64,000 nt of DNA from assembly GCA_031385045.1 (NCBI GenBank), contig JANNBC010000048.1, positions 32,001-96,000 on the forward strand, read 5' to 3'. Positions within the stretch are counted from its first letter, which is position 1, and every line of letters begins with the position of its first letter. The notes below the pieces were generated by a model. The model worked only from the letters and a program-made list of their open reading frames with translations. It was not told the origin of the DNA and made no database searches. The DNA comes from a bacterium (GTDB lineage: Bacteria; Bdellovibrionota_C; UBA2361; CALJRW01). Both the position numbers and the translations under genes were made by a program. Shown here piece after piece: positions 8,922-18,288 of this stretch.

Positions 8922-10115
8922 ATGAATCAAACTTCAAATGAACTCTTTAAATATCACTCGCTGTTTGCAGAAGACAAATATTGCGAGGTGCTCCAAGGTG
9001 TTCTTTTAAAATTAATCTTTGAAGACCTAAAAGTTTATTTAGATGGTTTGGGCATTATCTTCTCTCGTACAGTAGTTGAAAATATTAACTACTTAGAACA
9101 AGACCAAACAACAATTATCCTAGAAGAAAAGAAGATTATTGAATTCGAAAAATCTTATGAACTTTCCAGTTTCCACTTCAATAAATTTAAGAACATTATC
9201 GAACCAAAAGAACTAGCCTTACGCCTGTTGCCAAGACTACAAAAAGCCGGCTTAGGACATTTGACTGTCCAAGACCTAGTTAAAGATCTAAAAAACTTTT
9301 TCAACGAATTAAGAACAGAGATATTAGTTTATGGTAAATCCAATAAGCTTTATAAAATTGGCCTTTTTCAAGCCCTAAAGCTAAATATGGATCTAAACTG
9401 GAGAGATCGTTTTGGCTTAGCTGACATTTCCATGATTCCTAACACGGCCAAAATTATCAATTCGACTGAGAAATATCAGTTCACCTCCCCTGTTCTAAAA
9501 AATGCTTGGGAACCTCTTGCTTCTTACTATGGTGAACCAAAAGAGACCAAAGATTTTTATCTTTCCAAAGAAATCAAAAAACTTGGACTGGAGAGCTTAT
9601 CTGATGTCCATGAAGATCGACTACGGGTTGCAGTATTTGCCTTAGAGGATCCAAATGATCATAACCAAGAAATTTTAATTTATTGCTCTGAAAATATCTC
9701 AGCACTGTGTCATCAGTTAGATAAAGAACAAATCGGTACTGAACTCACAATCCAAACAAGCGTTCCAAAAGGATCTGTTATCCCCGAGTGGCCTTACCAA
9801 CCAATGATTATTGCTTGGATTCTACTCCTTGGTTCTAATAAAAAATCTATTTCACCTGGATCCCTAATTAACTTCGAGTTAGAAACAGTGATTGGTGAGG
9901 CAACTAATCTTGTAGGTATTTTTACAACATCGCTTAGCAAGCTTCCTGCCTACTATCTTTCTCTTTCTGGCAAGTTTCGCTATTTAAACCTACTTGGTGT
10001 TGTGAAGAGTGAGGCTACATTTGCCGAGACTCAAGGCACAACCGCTTTGCTAGATATTCTAACTCACAAGGAACACCACCAGATCACTCGCTTAAACCGC
10101 CGTAATATTTTTTAG
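8922..10115 (+). CDS. tandem HU/CCDC81-like domains fused to a suppressor-of-fused (SUFU)-like domain
   Basis: N-terminal VYLDGLGIIF and LYKIGLF resemble HU-type motifs. C-terminal GTELT...PEWP and YLNLLGVVKSE...G...LL...ITRLNR resemble SUFU. Confidence 0.55.
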   Translation: MNQTSNELFKYHSLFAEDKYCEVLQGVLLKLIFEDLKVYLDGLGIIFSRTVVENINYLEQDQTTIILEEKKIIEFEKSYELSSFHFNKFKNIIEPKELALRLLPRLQKAGLGHLTVQDLVKDLKNFFNELRTEILVYGKSNKLYKIGLFQALKLNMDLNWRDRFGLADISMIPNTAKIINSTEKYQFTSPVLKNAWEPLASYYGEPKETKDFYLSKEIKKLGLESLSDVHEDRLRVAVFALEDPNDHNQEILIYCSENISALCHQLDKEQIGTELTIQTSVPKGSVIPEWPYQPMIIAWILLLGSNKKSISPGSLINFELETVIGEATNLVGIFTTSLSKLPAYYLSLSGKFRYLNLLGVVKSEATFAETQGTTALLDILTHKEHHQITRLNRRNIF

Positions 10116-10157
10116 CTTCGTTTCAAGTAAGATTATAAAAATATAGTAACGAAGCTA
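10113..10157. repeat. 10-bp inverted repeat element
   Basis: TAGCTTCGTT (10113) ... AACGAAGCTA (10148-10157). Confidence 0.55.
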
Positions 10158-10187
10158 TCACGCCGAAGCACCGTGTGCGAAGGCGGA
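10158..10187. repeat. REP-like GC-rich palindrome
   Basis: TCACGCCGAAGCACCGTGTGCGAAGGCGGA. Related sequences at 34315 (minus strand) and 49276. Confidence 0.5.
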
Positions 10188-10241
10188 TTGCTAATATTAG
10201 TTTAATGATAGTAAAAAGAATTAATTTAAAGATTTATTGTT

Positions 10242-11081
10242 ATGCAAGAAGTTTGGTTGCAACTAGTTATTCCTCAAGCGAATCAAGACGCTATTTTTTG
10301 GGACGAGCTTGGCTATAACTTATTTAGCTTAGGTGCGAGTGGTACAGAGCAAGTCGATCAAAATTTCAAAGCTTATTTCTTAGTAGAGCAATTTCCAAAG
10401 GCAGACATAGAGCAGATGCTTTTAGAACAATCAATTACCAATTACGAATTTTCAACAGTTAAAAACGAAAACTGGGTGGGAATGTGCGAAGAACTATTTC
10501 AGCCAGTACAAATTAATAATTTAAAAATTCTACCAGTCTTTGACTATCAGTTAAAACCAAAAGTTCCTGGGCAGATTTACATTATCCCAGGCATGGGTTT
10601 TGGATCGGGGCATCACGAAACCAGTCAGATGCTTTCAACTATTTTACAAAGTCTCCCCACTGCTCGCGATGCTAAACTTGATGTTCTAGACTTTGGTACA
10701 GGTAGCGGAATCTTATCCTTAGTTACAACAGAGATATTTCCAAAGGCAAAGATCTTAGCTGTCGATAACGATCCACAAGCCTTATTAAATGCCGAAGATA
10801 ATCTAAAAATCAATCAATCAACGGAAAATATCACCCTTTCTAATCAGGATCTTAAATCAATGACTGGAAACTTTGATTTAATTTTAGCTAATATTTACCT
10901 AGAAGTCCTTAGAAATTATCAGGTAGATTTAAGACGACTACTAAAGGCCAATGGTTACTTACTTATTTCGGGTTTAACAGCAGATCAAGACAATACTTTC
11001 CGTGAGGTTTTTGCCGACTGGAAATACTTACAAATAGAATCTTCAGGTAATTGGAAATCGTACCTGCTAGCTAATAACTAG
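10242..11081 (+). CDS. prmA: ribosomal protein L11 methyltransferase
   Basis: ENW, PGMGFGSGHHETS, VLDFGTGSGIL, DLILANI. Confidence 0.92.
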   Translation: MQEVWLQLVIPQANQDAIFWDELGYNLFSLGASGTEQVDQNFKAYFLVEQFPKADIEQMLLEQSITNYEFSTVKNENWVGMCEELFQPVQINNLKILPVFDYQLKPKVPGQIYIIPGMGFGSGHHETSQMLSTILQSLPTARDAKLDVLDFGTGSGILSLVTTEIFPKAKILAVDNDPQALLNAEDNLKINQSTENITLSNQDLKSMTGNFDLILANIYLEVLRNYQVDLRRLLKANGYLLISGLTADQDNTFREVFADWKYLQIESSGNWKSYLLANN

Positions 11082-12325
11082 AAAATTCCAATATCCTTTC
11101 TATACTGAGATCCTTGGAATGAAATTTTACCTAAGGCCTGATAAGCTTTTTCACGGGCGGTCTGTAAATCATTACCGATTGCAGTTATACTTAAGACCCG
11201 CCCACCAGCAGTTACTAACTTGTCATCTTGATGACTAGTACCCGCATGGAACACGGCAACATCTTGATGATCCTTGATTTTGTCTAATCCTTCAATTGAA
11301 TCTCCTGTTCTAACTTTTTCAGGATACCCATGGGAGGCCATCACAACACAAACAGCGGAGTGATCATGCCATTTCATCTCAGGAAGCTCATCACCATTTG
11401 TTAAGATTTCCAGAAGATGCAAGAAGTCCGAATCCATCCGACGTAAAATTACTTGTGTTTCTGGATCTCCTAGGCGAGCATTAAATTCTAAAATATTAAT
11501 TGTTCCATCTTCAGCAATCATTAGTCCAGCATAAAGAAATCCACGGTAATAAATCCCCCGCCTTTCTAACTCTTTCACGACAGGAACAATAACTTGAACT
11601 AAAACTTCATCTTCCTGAGCACGAGAAAGTCTTGGAGTTGGACTAACTGTCCCCATTCCGCCAGTATTTGGTCCTAAATTATCATCAAAAATAGGTTTGT
11701 AATCATGAGAGCTGGCCATCGGTACTATTCTTCTGCCATCAACTGCAACGATAAAAGAAGCCTCAACTCCCTTTAAAAATTCCTCAGCAACAACTTTCTT
11801 GGCTTGAAAATCAGTGAACAGTTTATCTGCAGCTTCTAGTGCTTCAGCTTGAGTCTGACAGACAAAGACCCCTTTACCAGCCGCTAAACCATCAGCTTTT
11901 AAAACAATTGGCTTATTATTGGCAGTTAGATAATCTTTTAGTGGTTGAAGCTCAATAAATTCTTGGTAAGTAGCAGTTGGAACAATCGCTGCTGTCATAA
12001 TTTCTTTAGCAAAGCTTTTAGAACCTTCGATGCGAGCAGCTGCCTGACTTGGTCCAAATATTTTTAACCCGGCATTTTCAAAAACATCAACAATTCCTAA
12101 ACTCAAAGGTAGTTCCGGGCCAACAATAGTTAAATCAATTTTTTCTTGGAGCGCAAAATCTTTTAAGGCCGTGATATCAGAATCTTTAATTGGAAGGCAT
12201 TCCGCAAATTCTTTCATACCAGGATTTCCTGGAGCGACATAGAGTTTAGTTAGCTTATTAGACTGACTAATCTTCCAACAAATAGCGTGCTCTCTAGCAC
12301 CTCCACCAACAACTAATACTTTCAT
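11078..12325 (-). CDS. purD: phosphoribosylamine-glycine ligase
   Basis: MKVLVVGGGAREHAI, KADGLAAGKGV, GPNTGGMG, EFNARLGDPETQ. Confidence 0.97.
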   Translation of the reverse strand: MKVLVVGGGAREHAICWKISQSNKLTKLYVAPGNPGMKEFAECLPIKDSDITALKDFALQEKIDLTIVGPELPLSLGIVDVFENAGLKIFGPSQAAARIEGSKSFAKEIMTAAIVPTATYQEFIELQPLKDYLTANNKPIVLKADGLAAGKGVFVCQTQAEALEAADKLFTDFQAKKVVAEEFLKGVEASFIVAVDGRRIVPMASSHDYKPIFDDNLGPNTGGMGTVSPTPRLSRAQEDEVLVQVIVPVVKELERRGIYYRGFLYAGLMIAEDGTINILEFNARLGDPETQVILRRMDSDFLHLLEILTNGDELPEMKWHDHSAVCVVMASHGYPEKVRTGDSIEGLDKIKDHQDVAVFHAGTSHQDDKLVTAGGRVLSITAIGNDLQTAREKAYQALGKISFQGSQYRKDIGIF

Positions 12326-12338
12326 ATTGCACCTACTA

Positions 12339-13883
12339 TTAATGTCTAAAATGGCGATCCGCTGTAAAGAGCAAACTAATTCCTAGTTTCTCAGCGGTAG
12401 CAATTACTTCAGCATCCTGCTTAGCACCACCAGTAACAATAATTGCTTTAACGCCCGCAGCAGCGAGTGTCTCTACCGAATCAGCAAATGGAAAGAAGGC
12501 ATCGGAAGCAGCAACAGCCCCCTGAAGATCATGCTGATGAATGCGAGATTTTTGAAGCGCTAATTCCACCGAGTCAATACGACTCATCTGCCCAGCGCCT
12601 GTTGCAAGTAACAATTGGTCTTTAACAATTACGATGGCATTGGACTTAACTGATTTACAAATCTGCCAAGCAAAATCTAACTCTAATAATTCCTGTGCAG
12701 AACATTTGCGGGTAGTTTTTAATGCAGCTTCCTGAACACTGGAAACTTTAACATCTACCGTTTGTAGTAAAAATCCTCCGGCACAACTACGCCATTCAGT
12801 ACTTGGCCACTGACTGCGATCGGCCTGAATTAAACGAATGTTTTTTCGAGCACTAAGAACCTCTAAGGCAGCAGGATCAAAGTCAGGTGCAATTACTATT
12901 TCACAGAAGTCACCAATAATATTCTCAGCAGTTGCTAACTCTAACTTCTGGTTAAACGCAATAATTCCACCAAAATGACTTCTTGGATCGCTAAGCTTTG
13001 CTTGCTCTAGAGCTTTCACTTGAGATTCGGCTAATGCTGCCCCACAAGGATTTAAATGCTTAATAATTACTGCTAAATGCTGATTAGTTTGAACTGCGGT
13101 TAATGCCGATAGTGCGGCATCAAAATCTAAGAAATTATTATAAGATAATTCCTTACCAGCTAACTGTTTCCAGGCAGAATTTTTAGAGCCAACTGCTTGA
13201 TAATAGATTGCTTGCTGATGAGGATTTTCTCCATAACGTAGAGTTTGATTTGCCTCTAATACAAAGCCATTAACTGGACTAAAAGTTGAGTCACTTACAT
13301 CTAAGCCTGAAAAATACTTACTAATAGCTAAATCATAATTAGCTACCTGAGTGAAAACTTTAATCGCTAGGTTTTGTCGGAAAGCCTTACTATCATCCTT
13401 GGATTCCAGACTGGCAATCACGCTGACATAATCACTAGGATCAATGACCGCATAAACATTAGCAAAATTCTTAGCAGCAGCACGAATCATTGTTGGTCCA
13501 CCAACATCAATTAACTCCACCATCTTTTGGTAATCTTCGGCCTTTTCAGAATTTAGGTTTTGAATAAAAGGATAAAGATTGACGGCAACAATATCAATTT
13601 GATAGCCATCAATTGAGGCTAGATCTGCCAAATGCTGGGGGTTTCTTTTTGCTAGAATTCCGGCATGCACTTTAGGATGAAGAGTTTTGACTCGCCCTTC
13701 AAGAATCTCTGGCTGACCAGTGTAATCCTCAACCAACTTAACCGTAACACCTGCTTCTTGCAAAAACTTAGCCGATCCACTGGAAGATAAGATTATATAA
13801 CCTAAAGCTTGTAATTTCTGAGCAAACTCTAAAATTCCAGTTTTATCATAAACACTAATCAAGGCAGCTTTTGGTAAATTCAT
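12339..13883 (-). CDS. purH: bifunctional AICAR transformylase/IMP cyclohydrolase
   Basis: ALISVYDKTG, GRVKTLHP, LRYGENPHQ, ASDAFFPF, RHFRH end. Confidence 0.97.
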   Translation of the reverse strand: MNLPKAALISVYDKTGILEFAQKLQALGYIILSSSGSAKFLQEAGVTVKLVEDYTGQPEILEGRVKTLHPKVHAGILAKRNPQHLADLASIDGYQIDIVAVNLYPFIQNLNSEKAEDYQKMVELIDVGGPTMIRAAAKNFANVYAVIDPSDYVSVIASLESKDDSKAFRQNLAIKVFTQVANYDLAISKYFSGLDVSDSTFSPVNGFVLEANQTLRYGENPHQQAIYYQAVGSKNSAWKQLAGKELSYNNFLDFDAALSALTAVQTNQHLAVIIKHLNPCGAALAESQVKALEQAKLSDPRSHFGGIIAFNQKLELATAENIIGDFCEIVIAPDFDPAALEVLSARKNIRLIQADRSQWPSTEWRSCAGGFLLQTVDVKVSSVQEAALKTTRKCSAQELLELDFAWQICKSVKSNAIVIVKDQLLLATGAGQMSRIDSVELALQKSRIHQHDLQGAVAASDAFFPFADSVETLAAAGVKAIIVTGGAKQDAEVIATAEKLGISLLFTADRHFRH

Positions 13884-13987
13884 ATTCAGTATGGGGTATA
13901 AAATTCTATTCTATGCTCGTTACTTATATAGCATCTTTTTAAAAATGCTCAAATAATTCAGCAAATTACCGATGATTTTAGGAAGAA

Positions 13988-15760
13988 TTAAGGAGTTGTT
14001 GGTCTGACAGACTCAGACATCTTAGTTTGGATAATTTCTTTGATTTGATCAAAATTAGTCTGATAATCTAAGTCTCGAAGCAAAGCTAATAAATCAATCT
14101 CAGAGATCAAATAGTTAAGCTCTAAACTTTCAGCAGAAATCTCTCCAATCAAATCAGCGATCTCTTTACTATAAAAATTAACTTTCTCTTGGATTAAGCT
14201 GTAAACAGAAATCTCTAACTCCTTCATCGCAGTCTTTCTTTGAGCAAGTTGCGCTTTCACTTTTTGAGATAATTCATGATTATTTGGCTGAGTTTGTATT
14301 AAATTTAAATTTTGTAAGTATTCCCAACTAGCCTCTTGAAAAGCAGTCTGTTTTTCAAGTATCAGTTCGGACAAAGTACTCAACTCCTCGGATAAAGACA
14401 TCGCACCATTAAGTTCTAATTTTTTATGTAAACCAAACCAAAAAGACAATTGTTTATTTAGACCAATCAATTCAGCTTTCTTGGTACTTAATTGGTTATT
14501 AAATAAAACAAACTTTGCTTCCAGTTCTGGTGCCTTTGCTAATAGCTCGCGATATTCCGTCTCAGAAGCTAAAGCAAACAAATATTTGTTAGCTATAACA
14601 TGTAGCCGATCTTGATCAATTACTGGCTCTGAATCATCACGGAACTCCTTTAGCTCAGCTAATTTTTCAACTGTTTCGGAATGCTTCTGCTCAACTATTC
14701 GCTCTTCGCTTTCTTGAAGTGCTGTTAATTTATCAATAACGGATAAATCATCATCAAAGAAATAAATCATACTAGTCACAAAGGCCAAGATTGCGAGTAA
14801 GAATGAAGCTGTGCGCCAATTATTTTTTGCGGATTTCTCTTGCTGAAAATCTATTCCATAGCGATCAAAGGCTGCCGAGTGTCGAAGTAAAACTCGCTCA
14901 AAAGACTCTTCTTCAATATATCCGGGTATATCTTTGAAGCTTACTGGCACTAAATCATAATGAAGCTTGTCAGTCTCAGGGTTAAATGGAGAATCAGTCA
15001 CTTTAATAATTGCAACTGTAATATTATCCGTTCCTCCGCGCTCATTAGCAACAGAAATAAGCTTATTGGCCGCAGCCTCCGGTGAATTGTTTAAAACTAT
15101 TTTTTTAATCTCGGAATCAGTAACTAAATTATATAATCCATCCGAACAAAGTAGATAAGAATCATTTTTAAAAGACCCTGGTTTTTCTAAATAACAATCA
15201 ATCTCGACCTTAACTGCCGGACCTAGGCATCTAGTTAACATATGTGATACTGGGTGATCTTCCGCTTGTTCTGCCGTAATGATACCGGCCTTAAAGAGCT
15301 CATTCACTAAGGTATGATCTTCAGTTAATTGTTTAATCTCTTTATTGCGAATTAAGTATGCCCTGGAGTCTCCAACATTTGTGATATAGAGTTCCCGCTC
15401 AGTAAAAATGAGCATCACACAAGTTGTTCCCATCCCTGCCAAATGTCGCTGATCAATACTCAGATTAAAAATCTTTTCATTAGCTTCCATGACAATTCGA
15501 TAGATGTCTTCAGGGACAACATTTGTTAGCTTGGAAAACTCCCCCATTAGATGATCAATGGTCATCTGTGATGCTGTAGAACCACCATTAGCACCACCCA
15601 TTCCATCAGCAACGATAAAGACTTTGAAATTTTCGTTTAGTACTTGCCCAAAGCGATCTTGATTCTCTGTTCGCTTTTCGCCGACATCTGTCTTGGAAGC
15701 ATGTTCCAAATTTTTATGAAGTAGAATTGATGTCTCAGATTTTATTTCAGACATGGTCAA
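13988..15760 (-). CDS. PP2C-family Ser/Thr phosphatase with a TM helix and long C-terminal helical/coiled-coil region
   Basis: ENQD, VADGMGG, GTT, NVGDSRAY, LCSDGL, DNIT, then hydrophobic FLLAILAFVTSMIYFF. Confidence 0.88.
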   Translation of the reverse strand: MTMSEIKSETSILLHKNLEHASKTDVGEKRTENQDRFGQVLNENFKVFIVADGMGGANGGSTASQMTIDHLMGEFSKLTNVVPEDIYRIVMEANEKIFNLSIDQRHLAGMGTTCVMLIFTERELYITNVGDSRAYLIRNKEIKQLTEDHTLVNELFKAGIITAEQAEDHPVSHMLTRCLGPAVKVEIDCYLEKPGSFKNDSYLLCSDGLYNLVTDSEIKKIVLNNSPEAAANKLISVANERGGTDNITVAIIKVTDSPFNPETDKLHYDLVPVSFKDIPGYIEEESFERVLLRHSAAFDRYGIDFQQEKSAKNNWRTASFLLAILAFVTSMIYFFDDDLSVIDKLTALQESEERIVEQKHSETVEKLAELKEFRDDSEPVIDQDRLHVIANKYLFALASETEYRELLAKAPELEAKFVLFNNQLSTKKAELIGLNKQLSFWFGLHKKLELNGAMSLSEELSTLSELILEKQTAFQEASWEYLQNLNLIQTQPNNHELSQKVKAQLAQRKTAMKELEISVYSLIQEKVNFYSKEIADLIGEISAESLELNYLISEIDLLALLRDLDYQTNFDQIKEIIQTKMSESVRPTTP

Positions 15761-15945
15761 AAATCGCGCGATAAAGTTTTGGCATTGGCCTTTCTTTGCT
15801 AAAGCCTCGAGTTACTCGAGAGAATCTTAGCCAATGCTTCAGGCTAAAAAGAAAATACTCTTTATTACCTAAGACAGCTTTTTATTTTTAGATACAGTTC
15901 AAAGAGAATAATTTGCAAAATAAACAATTACTTAGGCACAATTAA

Positions 15946-16893
15946 TTAATTTACCTGCTTGATGAAAGGCTTACCAGATAGGAATTTCTCACGACCCAAC
16001 TGCTCTACTAAGCGGTTCGCATATGATTGCTGACTCTCAGGGCCAACTAAAACCCTAAAGAATTCATTATTAGCGATTGAATAGGTTTCAATTGTTGATT
16101 TAAAGCCAGAAGCATATAGTTCACGAGATAATTTCTCAGCAGACTCTCGACTCTTACTCGTTGTTACTTGTACATACCAACCTGGTGCAAACACTGTTTT
16201 AGTAACTGGCTTAGCTAAAGGTGTAGGAGTTGGACTAGGCGTAACTAACGGGGTTGCTATTGGAGTTGGGCTAGGTGTCGGTTTAAGTATCTGTGGAGCA
16301 ATTGTTGGAAATGGAGTTGACGTCGCTACTGGTTTAGCTCCAACTTGCACGGGGATCAATGTAGGCTCTGGCAAAATAGCACCAGCTTCTACTTTTTGAA
16401 TCTCTTGATTTGGTATAACCTGGGTAATCGCCGGTTCAATAATGATCTCTTTTGCAGCTAGGCTCTGCAAGTCTAATTCTTCTTGTGGAGAGGCACTTGG
16501 CTCAATTAGAACTTCTTGTTGTTTCTTAAAATCTTCTTCTAATTCAGCCAAATCTGGCTCTACAACTGGTGATGGACTTGGTGTGGGTGTAACAGGCGCG
16601 ACAGCTTCAGCACCTTTTACTACAACAGGCTCAGGAGCAGCGACTGGTGGTTGCTCAATAACTTTAGCATAAAGTTGGTTTAGATCTTCATCTGCTAACT
16701 CTTGCGGGGCATCTTCGAATACTGATAGCCTGGGTGTGTTTTTAATCGCCTTAGTTAAAGCATCATCATAACCAACGGCATGACCAGCACGAAAGCCGAA
16801 AAAATAAGCTAAGAATAGTGCCATGACGACACACACGAGTAGCAGGGCAAACTCCCATGCTTTTAAATTAAGTTTCCAACTATTATCTTGCAA
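15946..16893 (-). CDS. SPOR-domain cell division protein (DedD/FtsN-like)
   Basis: N-terminal TM, Pro/Thr-rich linker, C-terminal WYVQV...FRVLVGP SPOR motif. TTG start. Confidence 0.85.
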   Translation of the reverse strand: MQDNSWKLNLKAWEFALLLVCVVMALFLAYFFGFRAGHAVGYDDALTKAIKNTPRLSVFEDAPQELADEDLNQLYAKVIEQPPVAAPEPVVVKGAEAVAPVTPTPSPSPVVEPDLAELEEDFKKQQEVLIEPSASPQEELDLQSLAAKEIIIEPAITQVIPNQEIQKVEAGAILPEPTLIPVQVGAKPVATSTPFPTIAPQILKPTPSPTPIATPLVTPSPTPTPLAKPVTKTVFAPGWYVQVTTSKSRESAEKLSRELYASGFKSTIETYSIANNEFFRVLVGPESQQSYANRLVEQLGREKFLSGKPFIKQVN

Positions 16894-16917
16894 GGCTCAA
16901 CTAATTAACTAAAAAGA

Positions 16918-17092
16918 TATAGTATACTGACACACATTAGGTTTTACAGAACAACTCGGAAAAATACGGTTCGCATTTTCAGCTTATGGTGTTTTAGTAT
17001 ATTTGTTTTCCCCAGGCTTTAGCCTTATTTTATAAGGCTAAAGCCTGAGCGACCCACAAGGGTCATTTCAAGTGCTTCGCACTTGATACACT
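16918..17092. repeat. structured non-coding repeat element, copy A (MITE/REPIN-like or ncRNA)
   Basis: Colinear with 63054-63232. Shares the identical 25-mer GTTTTAGTATATTTGTTTTCCCCAG and several hairpins with covarying stems. Confidence 0.8.
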
Positions 17093-17126
17093 TTAATGAA
17101 GAGCGATAAATTTGGCAACTAAGGAT

Positions 17127-18287
17127 TTATGGAAACTTTAGCGCGGCACGAAGTTCTGTGACCAAAGCTAATCCCCCAGCAAGAATCTCTTGCTCTAAAT
17201 CGGAACAAGTCTGATTTAAAATCTTATGCCTAAGCTGAGGTGAATTGAAAAATAAATTAAATCTATCAAGAAAATCATAAATTTTAGCAAGAAAATCTGG
17301 AACTAGCCCCTTAGTTACTGCCTTTTGTCGATAAGCTGGGAGTAATAACATGCTCCAAATTAAATCTTGTAAGGGCTTAGAAAGATCTGTCAGAAGTAGC
17401 TCGGCACTCCAAGCTTTAGCAGAAATAGCTAAAACCTCTAAGCGGCGTTCGGTGACTTCTAAATACCAACCTAAATTATTTCTCTGAGGTAACACAGCTT
17501 CGTCATAGAATAAATCTGTGCTCGGTTCAAATCCAGATAATAGTAAACTTAGCTTTATTAACTCACTAAGATTATTTGTTTCTCGGTATTTATGGATAAT
17601 TTCTTGATCTAAATCTTTTAGCCATGAAGCATGAGGTATCTGCACTTGAAATCCAATCGCACTTGAGAAACTATCCCGATAAACCTTAGAGATCTCTGCT
17701 TTATTAAATTGCTCTGGACCCAGCCAAAGAGTTGCAAATCGGCAATCTGAACTTGCTAAGGAAGCAAATACTGGAGAGAAGGATTCCTGAATATTCAGAT
17801 CATTTACTACTGGCCTTAATGTTAATAAATCTAATGTCGGATGACTAAAAGTCTCCAAATACTGTTCCCCAAAAACAATAAGTTGAGCTTTTTTTTGACT
17901 AAAAATTAATTGAACTATAGCTAAAGAAAGAATTCGTAAAAATGTTTGATCTCTTCGACCGATAGCCGATAAAGGGAGATAAATCTGACTTTGTGGTATC
18001 TGTTGAAAATCTGCTAACAACTCCGGACTATATCGCTCAATAAAAATATTCAGATACCCTGACTCCAGAACGACTCGATAATCATCGCTAAAGATTGGCA
18101 TCACAGGAATTAACTGGTTAGTAATTTTTTCTGGAGACTGCTTAACTTTTTGAGCATAACGAATCAAGATATCCGAGGTTAAATGTCCTTGTGATAAATT
18201 CGCAGAAGCTTCCAATGAAAGTGGCAAATCAAAGTCTTTTAAATTATTTTTTAAAAAATTTTCAATTGTAATTTCAATTTTTGACAT
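17127..18287 (-). CDS. degenerate arginyl-tRNA synthetase-like protein (N-terminal and DALR anticodon-binding domains; catalytic core reduced, no HIGH)
   Basis: GHLTSDILIRYAQKVKQSPEKIT and GYLNIFI resemble the ArgRS N-domain. NNLGWYLEVTERRL resembles NPVYYVQYAHARI. It sits directly upstream of the SPOR gene, the common argS context. Confidence 0.65.
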   Translation of the reverse strand: MSKIEITIENFLKNNLKDFDLPLSLEASANLSQGHLTSDILIRYAQKVKQSPEKITNQLIPVMPIFSDDYRVVLESGYLNIFIERYSPELLADFQQIPQSQIYLPLSAIGRRDQTFLRILSLAIVQLIFSQKKAQLIVFGEQYLETFSHPTLDLLTLRPVVNDLNIQESFSPVFASLASSDCRFATLWLGPEQFNKAEISKVYRDSFSSAIGFQVQIPHASWLKDLDQEIIHKYRETNNLSELIKLSLLLSGFEPSTDLFYDEAVLPQRNNLGWYLEVTERRLEVLAISAKAWSAELLLTDLSKPLQDLIWSMLLLPAYRQKAVTKGLVPDFLAKIYDFLDRFNLFFNSPQLRHKILNQTCSDLEQEILAGGLALVTELRAALKFP

Positions 18288-18288
18288 T

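Noticed and set aside
8746..8937. 63-aa minus-strand ORF
   Set aside because: Overlaps trxA and the next gene antisense, with no motif; probably spurious.
16190..16660. Pro/Thr-rich repeats (PTPSPTP) in the SPOR gene
   Set aside because: Ordinary low-complexity periplasmic linker.
16918..17092. CRISPR repeat or tracrRNA (GTTTTAG start)
   Set aside because: Only two distant copies, no repeat-spacer periodicity, and no cas genes in the window.
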